Positions 53,800 through 63,811 are shown, counted from the first letter of the stretch. The stretch: DNA of 64,000 nt from a virus (IMGVR_UViG_2832349384_000006:1-64000); one strand, 5' to 3'. The notes: generated by a model not told the origin, from the letters alone. A program made the numbers and translations.

Positions 53800-55128
53800 T
53801 TAGTAAACTTTAATGCCGCGTAAAGCCATCGCCTGTTTGCGCCTGGCATACAACAAACTGATTTCATCGACTGATAGCGCACGGTCAAAGAATATTGCCT
53901 CGGCAATATGGAGTGGGTTTGCTTTATAGTTGGCGCTATTGGAATAGGCATTGCCAATCGCCAAATTATTTTCGGCCATTGCCCTGGTTTTGTTATCCGG
54001 CTCTCTGATCTCAAACGGCGTTTGTCCGCCAATAAAGATCCGTCTAAAGCACGGCGCGCCGCTGTCTGTCAGTCGCCCAGAGAATGCAATAAAAATCCAG
54101 TCGCCGGGCGCCGCATTCGGGATATACCAGCCTTGCACATCCATCCCTTTTTCAACGATCAGAGCCTTTAAGGCATCGCCGGTCTTGCCCTCATTGGTAA
54201 TGACGTATCGCCCGCCTCCCACGGACAATGAATAATCCGAGTTGTTGAAGATGGTCACCCCCTTGAGGGCGTCATAACGGATAACGGCGCAGCGAGTATA
54301 TTCCAGTGAATCAGGAATATCCGACAGCAGCGCCGCGCCCCACGCTGGAACGCTGACGAAATTGGAAGAAAAGGCATGATTAATACCTTGGGGGGTAATC
54401 GTATGATTCCCTAAAAGCCCATCCAGGCTATTTTTATTACCACCAAAAATAAAATGCTCCGTCGCTTCTGATTCTATATTCTCGATAGCAATTTCTTTTG
54501 AAAGGCTTACTTTTTTTGCAAACCCATGCTTACCCACTAAAAGCAAGCTATTGCCTGATGCCATGCCCATTTCAATATCCCCGGCTTTAATTGAATCTTT
54601 TCTGATATCAATAAATTTGTTTTTAATTAATTCCTGGGTTAGCGATATGGCATCATGATGGAAACCGCTCTCCCTGATAACGTGCGATGCCATGCCGTGT
54701 TTGCCCGTGAGCGTTAAAAGCGGCTGATCGTCGTCATAGAAGGTTTTGCCATCTATTTTTTGTGATATCCGGCGCCCGACGCCCAAATCGCTATCCATCG
54801 CGCCGATTTTTTCCGCGACGCCCTTATTGTTAAGCCAGAAAATAAACAGCGTCTTGGCTTCCATACCTTGCGCCACACGAAAAACGTCACCGTCGGCAGT
54901 CGCCGCCAGGCCGGCTATTGTTCCATCCGGATCGCTTTCTGTCTGGGTAAACGTCAACTCTTTGGCATCAGTCATTGCATTTATGCGCAGCAGAAGATGT
55001 TGCGTGCGTGCGGCTAATTGCCTTGCCTGAATATTCGCTACGCCACCGCGGCCACCTAACACCTTTTCCATTCGTTCGATCAGGTGTATTTCATCTTCCC
55101 ACATACTGGTTTCAGTTATTTTTGCCAT
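53800..55128 (-). CDS. Tailspike/fibre-like protein: baseplate anchor plus C-terminal LamG-like domain
   Basis: IERMEKVLGGRGGVANIQARQLAARTQHL anchor, DPDGTIAGLAAT..G..F.V motif, ends IFFDRALSVDEI. Confidence 0.7.
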   Translation of the reverse strand: MAKITETSMWEDEIHLIERMEKVLGGRGGVANIQARQLAARTQHLLLRINAMTDAKELTFTQTESDPDGTIAGLAATADGDVFRVAQGMEAKTLFIFWLNNKGVAEKIGAMDSDLGVGRRISQKIDGKTFYDDDQPLLTLTGKHGMASHVIRESGFHHDAISLTQELIKNKFIDIRKDSIKAGDIEMGMASGNSLLLVGKHGFAKKVSLSKEIAIENIESEATEHFIFGGNKNSLDGLLGNHTITPQGINHAFSSNFVSVPAWGAALLSDIPDSLEYTRCAVIRYDALKGVTIFNNSDYSLSVGGGRYVITNEGKTGDALKALIVEKGMDVQGWYIPNAAPGDWIFIAFSGRLTDSGAPCFRRIFIGGQTPFEIREPDNKTRAMAENNLAIGNAYSNSANYKANPLHIAEAIFFDRALSVDEISLLYARRKQAMALRGIKVY

Positions 55129-55129
55129 G

Positions 55130-55729
55130 CTATCTCCCGGCGTACCTTATATTTCCGTCAAAGACTGACAGCCCGTCATATTTAATCGCCGGGTCGGGTG
55201 TCATGCCCTCCGGGTACACTGTTACTATTTCGCCCATGAAGGCTGCCACCCCGACGAAAGCCACGCCCTGCACTCGTCTCACCAGGCTAATCTGAGCCAG
55301 ATGACGGCTTACTGGTTTGGTATCACCGATTAGCCGTTCTAACTCGCTGATCATTGCTTCGGTAATGACAATGTCATTAACATCAATGGCCAGCCTGAAC
55401 GTGCCGGCGGGATCGGCAACTTGCCACCATTCTTCAATGCTCATGCTGTAGCCAAGGGTTTCAATCACTCGGCGAATAGCGGCTATAGTTCCCTTGCGGC
55501 GATGGATATAGAAAGCATCTTTCACCGCCTGGCGCTTTTCTGCTGTTGTCCACTTTTCATCCCACCGATCAACCGAAAATGCCCAGGCCAGATAGGGCAA
55601 AAACTTGGCCGGGCATCGGTCAGGGTTCCAAAGATCACGCAGGGGGGCATTTAGATCGCTAATACCAGCGCACGCCTCGGCAGCCCGCCGTTCAAGCACA
55701 GTCGATCCAGTTGGCAAAAGGCTATTCAT
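55130..55729 (-). CDS. I: Tail protein I
   Basis: LWNPDRCPAKFLPYLAWAFSVDRWD. Confidence 0.93.
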   Translation of the reverse strand: MNSLLPTGSTVLERRAAEACAGISDLNAPLRDLWNPDRCPAKFLPYLAWAFSVDRWDEKWTTAEKRQAVKDAFYIHRRKGTIAAIRRVIETLGYSMSIEEWWQVADPAGTFRLAIDVNDIVITEAMISELERLIGDTKPVSRHLAQISLVRRVQGVAFVGVAAFMGEIVTVYPEGMTPDPAIKYDGLSVFDGNIRYAGR

Positions 55730-56630
55730 CAGTGCCGCCCAAGGTGAGCTTGTATTCCGTGCAGTTGGATGCCTGGGTGCGGTCTAACACCATATCTTCC
55801 AGTGGCGCTGCCAACTCAACGCGCTGTATCCCCTGGGTGTGTAGAGCGGCATAAATGGCAGAAAGGCGGATATCGCGCCCCAGGCGGCGCTGTTCGTTGA
55901 TGTAGCTCTGCAACCGCGATTCTGCACTGGCCATAATCGGCTCTACGGCAGGCCCCGGATAAGCGTAAAGCGTGGCATCTATTTGATAGTCGATAATTTG
56001 CGCAGACTGCACAGTTACGCGATCGGCTACCGGTCGCACCTCTTCATCGTTCAAAGCGGCACTGACGGCTGCCAGCAGCTCTGGCGAGGCGGTGCCGTCG
56101 CCGTCGCGAGACAATATGCTGATTGTCACTTCCGCCGGCGCCGGACTGATGGCGGATGCATCTGCAACTTTGCCATCGGCGCTTAGCGCGTGAAATTCGT
56201 AGGCACCGGTAGGGCCGGCAACGCTCATACCCTCAAAGGCTGCGGGGATGCGCTGACGGTAATCGGCATCGGATTCCATCACCGCTTCGACCGGCGGGAT
56301 TGCCTCGCTATCCGCCGGGGTTGTCACCAGGCGCGCGGTATTGTTGTTGGCGCCCAACTGATCAAGATCATCACCTATGGCATAAGCCACCATCACCGCC
56401 TGCGCCGCTTCATTGATGCGCTGGCGCAGCAGCAATTCCCGATATGCGTTTTCCTGCAGCAGCATCACAATGGGCTCTGATTCCAGTTCCAATGTGGCGG
56501 TGATAGCGTCCTGTTGATCTGCCGGATAAAGCGCAATCAGCGCGGTTTTGCGTTCTTCGAACAGCGTTTCAAAGCTCAATTCCTCCACAACCTGCGGCGC
56601 GGGAAGCTGTGATAAATCGATCACACTCAT
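55722..56630 (-). CDS. J: Baseplate protein J
   Basis: IDLSQLPAPQVVE, SVAGPTGAYEFHA. Confidence 0.95.
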   Translation of the reverse strand: MSVIDLSQLPAPQVVEELSFETLFEERKTALIALYPADQQDAITATLELESEPIVMLLQENAYRELLLRQRINEAAQAVMVAYAIGDDLDQLGANNNTARLVTTPADSEAIPPVEAVMESDADYRQRIPAAFEGMSVAGPTGAYEFHALSADGKVADASAISPAPAEVTISILSRDGDGTASPELLAAVSAALNDEEVRPVADRVTVQSAQIIDYQIDATLYAYPGPAVEPIMASAESRLQSYINEQRRLGRDIRLSAIYAALHTQGIQRVELAAPLEDMVLDRTQASNCTEYKLTLGGTDE

Positions 56631-56983
56631 GATGTGCTCCCATAGGAATAGGAAATGGATAGGTTGATGCTGGCTGTTGTGTCCGTTCTGCTCCCCGTAA
56701 TTTCAACAACCATTTGGCCATCCATTTGCGTTGATACGTTGACCGAACTTAGGGAAACTCGCGGCTCCCAGCGCCTGATTGCGCTATAGGCTGCCGCCAT
56801 GACCTGCAGGCGTGTTGCGCCGTTTTGCGGCTGATCGATAAGCTCTGACATAAGCGATCCAAACTGGCGCCTGGCGATGCGAGAGCCGATAGGGGTTACC
56901 AGTATCTTTCTGATGGATTGCCGGATGTGCTCAATGTCCTCTACGGCGCGACCATCATCCGTGTTCATACCCTGATACATCAT
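56627..56983 (-). CDS. W: Baseplate protein W
   Basis: HIRQSIRKILVTPIGSRIARR.FGS, WEPRV. Confidence 0.93.
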   Translation of the reverse strand: MMYQGMNTDDGRAVEDIEHIRQSIRKILVTPIGSRIARRQFGSLMSELIDQPQNGATRLQVMAAAYSAIRRWEPRVSLSSVNVSTQMDGQMVVEITGSRTDTTASINLSISYSYGSTS

Positions 56984-57573
56984 TTCACTGGCCCCCCAGA
57001 ATTGCCGCTGCCTGTTTCAACCCCGCTATGTTGATGCGTGTCTACTACCACGCCATTTGAACTAAATTCCCCCCCTGAATGCCTGATATCCCCGCGCATT
57101 TCTCCGCCATCCTTTACGGACAACTCCGCCGTTTCCAGCAATTTGGTACAGGTTACTTTTGGGGTGTCCAACGTAATGCCCGTGCTCGCCTTGAAAACTG
57201 CCGTTTTGATACCGTCAATGGCCAGTTCGCCATTCTCCGGGCTATAGCTGAACCTGGCACCATCCTGGAACGTCACCACCAGATCGCTATCTGAACCTGA
57301 TGGCGCGGGGTTGGCGTCAGAGAATACGGCGGGCAGTACAAACGCGGTGGTCAACTCTCCGGCCATGCTCAAAATAATCACCTGTTCACCCACTGACGGC
57401 GCCCACCATGTTCGGGCGTTGCCTGCGCGCATCGTCAGCCAGTTGAGCCAGGTTGTTTCCAGTTCGCCAGTTTTCACCCGGCACAAGCCGTTCTCTGTAT
57501 CAACATCGGAAATAGTACCGATGCGGATCAGATTGGTGAGTAGTCGCAAGATTTCGGTCAGTTGTGCATTCAT
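56980..57573 (-). CDS. V: Baseplate spike V
   Basis: RLLTNLIRIG, WWAPSVGEQV, HQH tip. Confidence 0.93.
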   Translation of the reverse strand: MNAQLTEILRLLTNLIRIGTISDVDTENGLCRVKTGELETTWLNWLTMRAGNARTWWAPSVGEQVIILSMAGELTTAFVLPAVFSDANPAPSGSDSDLVVTFQDGARFSYSPENGELAIDGIKTAVFKASTGITLDTPKVTCTKLLETAELSVKDGGEMRGDIRHSGGEFSSNGVVVDTHQHSGVETGSGNSGGPVK

Positions 57574-57620
57574 GGCCACAGCCTGCCACGCGCGCCGAAC
57601 GCGGCGCATGCGTCGGGCAT

Positions 57621-57638
57621 TGTGTGGCCGATGGCACA
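57621..57638. promoter_or_regulatory. Ogr-binding site of late promoter pV
   Basis: TGT-N12-ACA (TGTGTGGCCGATGGCACA). Confidence 0.8.
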
Positions 57639-57715
57639 AAACGGCAGGGCGGTACTTGGGGAGTTAAGAAAAATAATGGTGATGGCCAGCATCGCCGCCG
57701 GCAACTGTGCTGCAG

Positions 57716-58180
57716 CTACTTACTAAGATGATCAATCAAAATATCGCCAATGGAGGCAATGGCACCATCATTCAAGCCAAGCAACTCACGCGCATCATAT
57801 TTCACTTGAGGGCCGCGCTTACCGCGCTGATAAATTCGCTCTCTCAGCCCGTAATGATGTACGCGCGCAATGCGCTGTACGGGCCCGGCAAAAAAAACTA
57901 CCGCATCATTTTGGCTGCTAGCCACCTTCATAAAGCGCGTGGTTTGCAGCTTGCTGAACATTTTTCGCCTTACCCGGCCAATTTTCTTTCTCCCCTTGGC
58001 TTCCTGTGGTTTGCGTGGGGTATATGGGGTTCCATCCGGGTTACGCTGCTGGCTGATCTGTTGGCGCTGGCGTTTGCGCAATTCGCTAGCCCACTGCCGG
58101 GTTAGCTTCTTTCGTTCTGCGGGGGAAAGCTGCGCAGCCAGCGCAGCAAGCCAAGCATCAATTTTTATAAGCTCACTCAT
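57716..58180 (-). CDS. S: Tail completion protein S
   Basis: QQRNPDGTPYTPRK, RIARVHHYGL, RELLG. Confidence 0.92.
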   Translation of the reverse strand: MSELIKIDAWLAALAAQLSPAERKKLTRQWASELRKRQRQQISQQRNPDGTPYTPRKPQEAKGRKKIGRVRRKMFSKLQTTRFMKVASSQNDAVVFFAGPVQRIARVHHYGLRERIYQRGKRGPQVKYDARELLGLNDGAIASIGDILIDHLSK

Positions 58181-58604
58181 TCGGCGCCCAATCATCAGGG
58201 TAAAGCGGTTCCGGCTCTGGCACTGCCTCAACCACCATCTGCCCATCCACCTCTTTTACGATCGTGCGCTCGGTCAATTTCAGGTTAATGCTGATATCGC
58301 ACCCACCATTGTTCAAAATATCGACCTCAAAGGTATAACCTTTTTCTCTATTATCCGAGTTTGCCATAATGTCCGGCTGATTGCGGCGCAGCCAGAACAA
58401 GATCACGGCGTCCAGGATATCCTGATCCCCATAAAAATCAGTGATTAACAGATTGAGATTGTATTGCCGCTCGTAGGAAATAGTGGCCGCTAGTGTGGAA
58501 ACGATAGCGCCTTCATCAACAAAAATATGCAACTTGTCCGGGTTCTGCCCCAGGAAGGGGATCCCCTCAGAGATTGCCTTTCTTAGTGATGCCGGTTTTT
58601 TCAT
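58173..58604 (-). CDS. R: Tail completion protein R
   Basis: MKKPASLR, WLRRNQPD, LKLTERTIV. Confidence 0.92.
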   Translation of the reverse strand: MKKPASLRKAISEGIPFLGQNPDKLHIFVDEGAIVSTLAATISYERQYNLNLLITDFYGDQDILDAVILFWLRRNQPDIMANSDNREKGYTFEVDILNNGGCDISINLKLTERTIVKEVDGQMVVEAVPEPEPLYPDDWAPNE

Positions 58605-58872
58605 TCTGATTCTCCTGGCATTGGATAATGGCATCCACCTGATCGGCGCATGTGGCCCAGGCCGCTTCTATACGGTTTTTTTCCTGTGCCAAATCGCCAT
58701 TAGTTAGCGGGTTGCTGGCTGGCAACTGGCAGGCGTTCAGTTTCGGACAGCCAGGCGCGATAAGCTGCACCTCCGGTGATTGCGGGGCGCTGGTGCAGGC
58801 GGATAACATCATCAGGCAGGCGATCACCCGCCCATTTTTTAAGTGCTGCGTTCTCACGGTACAACCTCGCAA
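58567..58872 (-). CDS. lysC: LysC o-spanin lipoprotein (true start probably internal)
   Basis: LSAC lipobox, CPKLNACQLP, WATCADQVD. Confidence 0.85.
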   Translation of the reverse strand: MRGCTVRTQHLKNGRVIACLMMLSACTSAPQSPEVQLIAPGCPKLNACQLPASNPLTNGDLAQEKNRIEAAWATCADQVDAIIQCQENQNEKTGITKKGNL

Positions 58873-59170
58873 TCATATTTTCCCGTGTGCTTAGCAGGGT
58901 GCCAGTGTCGGCCATCTGCTGACGCAATTCTGCCTGCGCACGGTTATTGTCGTTAGCCAAAATACCCAATGTAATCAACGCTGCATTTTTGGCGGATAGC
59001 TGTTGGCTCATGTTATCGATCGTCTGGCCTTGCGCAGTGATCGTGTTTTTCTGCTGGGCTATATCATCCTTTGCCTTCCCCAATCGCCATGACTGGAGCC
59101 CCAGGGCGGCGATGCTTGCCAACAGGATGGCACCAACAACGATCCACACGCGCGGGATACTGCTTATCAT
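58700..59170 (-). CDS. lysB: LysB i-spanin
   Basis: TM segment plus coiled coil, W...RLPDDVIRL. Confidence 0.88.
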   Translation of the reverse strand: MISSIPRVWIVVGAILLASIAALGLQSWRLGKAKDDIAQQKNTITAQGQTIDNMSQQLSAKNAALITLGILANDNNRAQAELRQQMADTGTLLSTRENMIARLYRENAALKKWAGDRLPDDVIRLHQRPAITGGAAYRAWLSETERLPVASQQPAN

Positions 59171-59664
59171 GCTAACGCCCCGCCATATTCAACGTATTTG
59201 CTCAGTAACGTTTCCAACTTGTGCTCTGGCTGCCCGTACCCCGCGCCCGGCAAACTTGCCCAAATATTGCGGCATTTCCGAATTGCCGCTTCAATCCTGC
59301 CGGCATTGATATCGGTCAGCGCGTTGCGTTCCCGGATCAGTTGGATGGCCCATTTATCTTGTGATTCAGGGCTGAAATCGGGCAGTTTCAATTGGCGCCG
59401 GTAGTGGGCCCAATCCTTGATTAGAAACTGATAGCCCCCTGATGCAGTGCTGCGCTGCCCACGGCTGTTAAACACTTTCCCCGGCCGGCCGCCAGCAAAT
59501 GGGTGATCGCGATAATCAGCGAAGGTTTCCGCCTTACCATCAATGCCGGTCACAATCACGTTGTAACCCTGATCAGATCGAGCGAGCAAAGCAGGCCCGA
59601 TCTCGCTAAAGCGCAACATATCCAAAAATGCGTTTCCGTTAGCGGTTGTAGCTATTCTGGCCAT
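59167..59664 (-). CDS. Endolysin, lambda R-type lytic transglycosylase
   Basis: FLDML.FSE, STASGGYQFL, DFSPESQD, WASLPGAGYGQ. Confidence 0.92.
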   Translation of the reverse strand: MARIATTANGNAFLDMLRFSEIGPALLARSDQGYNVIVTGIDGKAETFADYRDHPFAGGRPGKVFNSRGQRSTASGGYQFLIKDWAHYRRQLKLPDFSPESQDKWAIQLIRERNALTDINAGRIEAAIRKCRNIWASLPGAGYGQPEHKLETLLSKYVEYGGALA

Positions 59665-59962
59665 CTTTCCCTCTCTTGCCGTGTTTGCGGCGGTTTTTCA
59701 GCTCATCCAGCGTTGGAATAAAAATCATGATGTTGCCGCGCGACCTCAATAGCGCCATCAAGATCATGAATCCAAATAGGGCCGTTACCTGTTCAGGTGG
59801 TGGCACCCGGTCAAAAATGGCGAGCATCAACACAGAAAAGCAGACGCTGATCACCACATAGGCAACTACGGCCGCCCATCGGTTGTGGGGCGCTCCCTGG
59901 CGCTGGAATGCCAGCAGGCGCAGGGCGATTGCCAGGCAGATAAGTGACGTGATCCATTGCAT
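59639..59962 (-). CDS. Holin-family membrane protein
   Basis: Three hydrophobic segments, RGN motif, precedes the endolysin. Confidence 0.75.
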   Translation of the reverse strand: MQWITSLICLAIALRLLAFQRQGAPHNRWAAVVAYVVISVCFSVLMLAIFDRVPPPEQVTALFGFMILMALLRSRGNIMIFIPTLDELKNRRKHGKRGKDGQNSYNR

Positions 59963-59964
59963 GA

Positions 59965-60333
59965 TTATTTCCCCTTGAATATGCGGAAAATTGACGCATC
60001 GTTATCAAGCCGTTTCAGCGCGGCCAACAGCACTTTAATGGCCACACCTGCAGCGACGAATGCGCCGGCGCCGAGCTTCACCTCAACATCTAAGCCTGTG
60101 GCCTTTTTCATCATTGCCGCGGCAATCGGCGCGAACAGGCAACCGGCAATAAAACTGCAGGCCCACAACACGCCGCGCCGTTTTAGCGTCAGTTCCTGTG
60201 ATGCCAGAACAAAAAGAGACGCGCCGCCGCATGCGCCTAACAACACCGGCATCGCGTCACCCGACAAAATAGAGAGCAGGGCGCCGATGATGAACGATGC
60301 AAGCGTTGTGGTAGTGGTAACGGGTTCAGTCAT
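59965..60333 (-). CDS. Putative holin / antiholin partner
   Basis: MTEPVTTT start, multiple TM segments. Confidence 0.7.
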   Translation of the reverse strand: MTEPVTTTTTLASFIIGALLSILSGDAMPVLLGACGGASLFVLASQELTLKRRGVLWACSFIAGCLFAPIAAAMMKKATGLDVEVKLGAGAFVAAGVAIKVLLAALKRLDNDASIFRIFKGK

Positions 60334-60336
60334 TTT

Positions 60337-60540
60337 TCAATCCCAAAGTTGAATAGTTTGCTGTGTTGCCGCCGGCGCAATGTCCGGCATTTCTACCGGC
60401 GTACCGTGCGGAATAAAGGGCCCAATATCCGCCAACCCTGGGTTAGCCAACAAAACGACTTCCGCCAAACCGTCAGTGCGGCCGTAATAGCGCCAGCACA
60501 GCAGATCCACGGTGTCGTATTGGTGCGCGATGACCTTCAT
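60337..60540 (-). CDS. X: Tail protein X (LysM-like)
   Basis: DTVDLLCWRYYG, ANPGLA, QLWD. Confidence 0.93.
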   Translation of the reverse strand: MKVIAHQYDTVDLLCWRYYGRTDGLAEVVLLANPGLADIGPFIPHGTPVEMPDIAPAATQQTIQLWD

Positions 60541-61022
60541 CAGATCAATTCCACGGTCATATGCCGCTCACCCTGAATCAAACGCATTGCCCATCTGGCA
60601 TCACGCCACAGATCATCAATAGATTCGTCTGTAGCATCGGCGCGCTTGTTGCCGCTTTCCGTGGCGTCATAGTCCCGATAACGTTCATTCAGGTTGGCCT
60701 TGGTGATGCAGTACACTGCGCGGCGGTAGTGCTGCAGCAGCACGCTTTCATCGTCCAACTGTTCGGCCGGCACCGCGGCCAAATCGGCCACCCCCTCAGC
60801 CTGGCGAGCTTCCCGCCATAGGGTTAACTCCCCATTAACTTCTGCCATTGCATTCAGGGCCGCATGCCGTAACCGCTGCACGGTAAACGTTCCATCCGTC
60901 CTGATGCATTCCTGCAAATCCCCCAGATCGATATCTGGCCAAAATGGGGTGTTTTTGATTGTTGGCAGAGCCTCTTCCGCCTGTCCTGGGGCGACGAACT
61001 TCACCATGTCGGCTTCTCTCAA
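60540..61022 (-). CDS. L: Head completion protein L
   Basis: NTPFWPDI, YRRAVYC, WRDARWA. Confidence 0.9.
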   Translation of the reverse strand: MREADMVKFVAPGQAEEALPTIKNTPFWPDIDLGDLQECIRTDGTFTVQRLRHAALNAMAEVNGELTLWREARQAEGVADLAAVPAEQLDDESVLLQHYRRAVYCITKANLNERYRDYDATESGNKRADATDESIDDLWRDARWAMRLIQGERHMTVELI

Positions 61023-61105
61023 TAGGTGGGCGGTGGACGGGCGTATTGATGCGGTTAAAAACCTGTCGCAACGCCCGTGCCGCCCCGCGCGTGGGCACGT
61101 TCGGT

Positions 61106-61768
61106 TTAGCCGTTACCGGCCTTTTTCAACTCGCGTTCGAGTCGCTCAATGTCTTTCTTGACGCCAATCCGCTCATGCAGTTGGAAAGCCCGCTGCAGCT
61201 GCGCCAGTGCCAACTCGTTTTGCCCGCGATCCCGCAACCCATAGCCCATGACCTTATGCACCTTGGCGCGCACTTCGTCAGGCATATCGTGGGGTTCGGT
61301 CAGATCCAGCAGGCGGGATAGAATAGATAGGTTTATCGGCCGCCCCGCATCATGGGCTTTCAGTGCGCAATCGGCGATTTCTTCCGCCACTGCGCAGGCT
61401 GTTTGGCGTGAATAGCGGCTAGGCATGACCAGGTTATGCCTCAGCGCATATTCGGCTATGTCGATAGCGCCGTTGTAGTCGCCCGCATCAATGCGCCATA
61501 TCATGACGTGCATGATCACGTCGTCCTGGATACCGCTGCCTGATTTCAGGATCCCGGCAACCCAGGGGGCATAGTGTGGTAACAGCTCACGCTTAAGCTC
61601 GGCCTTTTTTTCCTGTGATTGAACCTGTTTCAGCCGGCGGCTATCCTCGGCAATCTTCATGAGCATCAACTCATAACCATTGGCGTGGCGATTAAGAGCG
61701 CCGCCCTGGCGGGCGGCCTCTTTAGCCTGGATAAAGCGCGCGTGGCGCTGTGCAGGACTCATGGCCAT
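61106..61768 (-). CDS. M: Terminase endonuclease subunit M
   Basis: SPAQRH start, HDMPDEVRAK, GVKKDIERLER. Confidence 0.92.
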   Translation of the reverse strand: MAMSPAQRHARFIQAKEAARQGGALNRHANGYELMLMKIAEDSRRLKQVQSQEKKAELKRELLPHYAPWVAGILKSGSGIQDDVIMHVMIWRIDAGDYNGAIDIAEYALRHNLVMPSRYSRQTACAVAEEIADCALKAHDAGRPINLSILSRLLDLTEPHDMPDEVRAKVHKVMGYGLRDRGQNELALAQLQRAFQLHERIGVKKDIERLERELKKAGNG

Positions 61769-61770
61769 AA

Positions 61771-62835
61771 TTATTGGCCCGTACCTGCATCGCCGGCCGC
61801 CGCTTCAAACTTGCCCAACTTGATGTTTTCAATCAGGCAACCGCAGCCATAATCTTCAACCACGTAAGCCTCGTTGACCGATTCAAAGTTTTCGATCCGG
61901 TCACGTTTCGGGTTGTCGATGATCAGGCGGCGGCGGGTGTCTTCCTGCCAGTAGATGGAAAGGTTATCCAGACGGGTGATCAGCATGGCGTTGGCTGGGA
62001 AGAATGGAGCACGCACAGCCTGCAGCCCGCCCATGCGTTTCTGGCTGATGATGAGATCGGCTGCCAGAGCCTCAGAGTTCGGCTGGGTTTTGTTAACCAG
62101 CGGGAAATATTTATCAGCCAGCAGGCCACGGCCACAGATAACTACCAGATCGGTATCGTCCTGGAACCACGGATCGATCAGGTTGTTTACCGCATCCATT
62201 ACCACCGCATCCAGGTTGGCAAAATCACCGTTTTCACCCACGCGGATTTCTGCGGAAACTACGGCGCCGGCATCATCAATGATTTTATCCATCACGCGGG
62301 CCGGTGCGTCCTGACGGTATTTTTCCAACCAACCAACATTCACATCCTGGAGCAATGGGTAAGTGGTGCGGTTAGACGTTTTTTCACGCTTGACGCCGTT
62401 AAAGCCAATCATGATGCGGTCTAGCGCCTGTCGGATCACGATGGCGTTACGGATCCGCAATTGGAAGTCCTGGAACTTCGCCCACAAGTCCAATTTGCCG
62501 TAACTGAGCGACGTATCGAAGTTGGTTTGCTCACATTTGTACTCAATGGAGTCCAGTCCGCTGGGATCGGTCGGCTCACGCTCTTTGGTTGCGGTATCCG
62601 TCGTGCTGGCAATGGTGGTACCCACACCCAGCCCCAGGCGTTGGCCTGATTGTTCGGTAACCTGAACGATGTTGATCAGTTGCAGGAATGCAGAGCTTTC
62701 CTGAATTTTATCTTCCAAGGTTTGGGCTACTGATGGCTCTACAGCAAACTTGCTGCTCAGCTCAACCGGCACGCCGTTCAGCTCGGCAAGGGTGCTCAGG
62801 TAGGCGTTAAATTTAAATTTCGTTTCTTTGCGCAT
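61771..62835 (-). CDS. N: Major capsid protein N
   Basis: KFAVEPSVAQTLE, RIMIGFNG, NEAYVVEDY. Confidence 0.95.
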   Translation of the reverse strand: MRKETKFKFNAYLSTLAELNGVPVELSSKFAVEPSVAQTLEDKIQESSAFLQLINIVQVTEQSGQRLGLGVGTTIASTTDTATKEREPTDPSGLDSIEYKCEQTNFDTSLSYGKLDLWAKFQDFQLRIRNAIVIRQALDRIMIGFNGVKREKTSNRTTYPLLQDVNVGWLEKYRQDAPARVMDKIIDDAGAVVSAEIRVGENGDFANLDAVVMDAVNNLIDPWFQDDTDLVVICGRGLLADKYFPLVNKTQPNSEALAADLIISQKRMGGLQAVRAPFFPANAMLITRLDNLSIYWQEDTRRRLIIDNPKRDRIENFESVNEAYVVEDYGCGCLIENIKLGKFEAAAGDAGTGQ

Positions 62836-62880
62836 GCTTCCTCGATCTCCGTAATCTGTTGTCTGTTGTGCTGATGCTTA

Positions 62881-63714
62881 TCAGCAATCAGTTTTTTCGC
62901 CTGAACTATCCGCGCCGCCGCCAGGCGTTACTGGTCGAAACTTCTGATTACGGTCTTGTTTGCTCAGGTTGGTTTGCAGTTCATTTACCTGCTTGGTCAA
63001 TTCGGCCACCTTGCCTTCCAGCCGTTCGGCTTTTTCGACACCCCCGCGCAGTGCGTCCACACCGTCGCTCAACTTCTGCACTTCGCCTGCAACCAACTCG
63101 ACGCCCTTATGTACATCGCTAAAGCGCTCATCGTCAGTACTGGATTTTTTGGCAAACATGGCGGTGATCCGGCCAAACAGGCTGGGCTTTTGCTCGTCCT
63201 GTTCTTCGAATTCGATCAGGGTTTCGTCGGCAGCGGTGAAGAGGTTGTCTTTATGCTGCTTGCGGTTGGCCAGTGGGTTGGCTGATGCCGATGCGCTGAA
63301 TGCCAGGTATTCGGTGCCCAGACTGGCTGGGTCATCGGTAACAGCCAGGCCAACCAGATAGGCTTCGCCGGTATCAGCAAAATTTGGGTTCACCTCCATT
63401 GAGGTGTAGACCTTCTGTGAGAGCTTAACCATTTCCACTAATTCAGCGGTTGGCGCGATATCGCCGTACAGCGCCATTTTCCCGGCTAGTGGGCCCTCTT
63501 TGATTTCTTCCGCGGTCAGGTTGGTTACATCACCGAAACGACGGAAAGAGCTATCCGGGTGATAACCCTTGATGTGCTCCATGTTCACCCGCGCGCCGTA
63601 CACGCTTGGGTTGTAGTTTTTGGCCATTTGCGTGAGCCATTCGCGGGCAATATTGCGGCCGTCGGTTGTCGCACCCTCTACGCCAATACGAAAACGCTTT
63701 GCTTTAAGTGTCAT
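62881..63714 (-). CDS. O: Capsid scaffold/protease O
   Basis: RIGVEGATTDGR, LAVTDDPASLGTE. Confidence 0.95.
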   Translation of the reverse strand: MTLKAKRFRIGVEGATTDGRNIAREWLTQMAKNYNPSVYGARVNMEHIKGYHPDSSFRRFGDVTNLTAEEIKEGPLAGKMALYGDIAPTAELVEMVKLSQKVYTSMEVNPNFADTGEAYLVGLAVTDDPASLGTEYLAFSASASANPLANRKQHKDNLFTAADETLIEFEEQDEQKPSLFGRITAMFAKKSSTDDERFSDVHKGVELVAGEVQKLSDGVDALRGGVEKAERLEGKVAELTKQVNELQTNLSKQDRNQKFRPVTPGGGADSSGEKTDC

Positions 63715-63793
63715 TAGTCTGTTCCGGTCAGTTCTGGTAATCGGTCAGGCTTATGGTTGCGGTGAACAGGGAAGGTAGACAACGAGCGGGCAT

Positions 63794-63811
63794 TGTGTGG
63801 CTTTTGGCACA
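63794..63811. promoter_or_regulatory. Ogr-binding site of divergent pO/pP
   Basis: TGT-N12-ACA (TGTGTGGCTTTTGGCACA). Confidence 0.8.
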
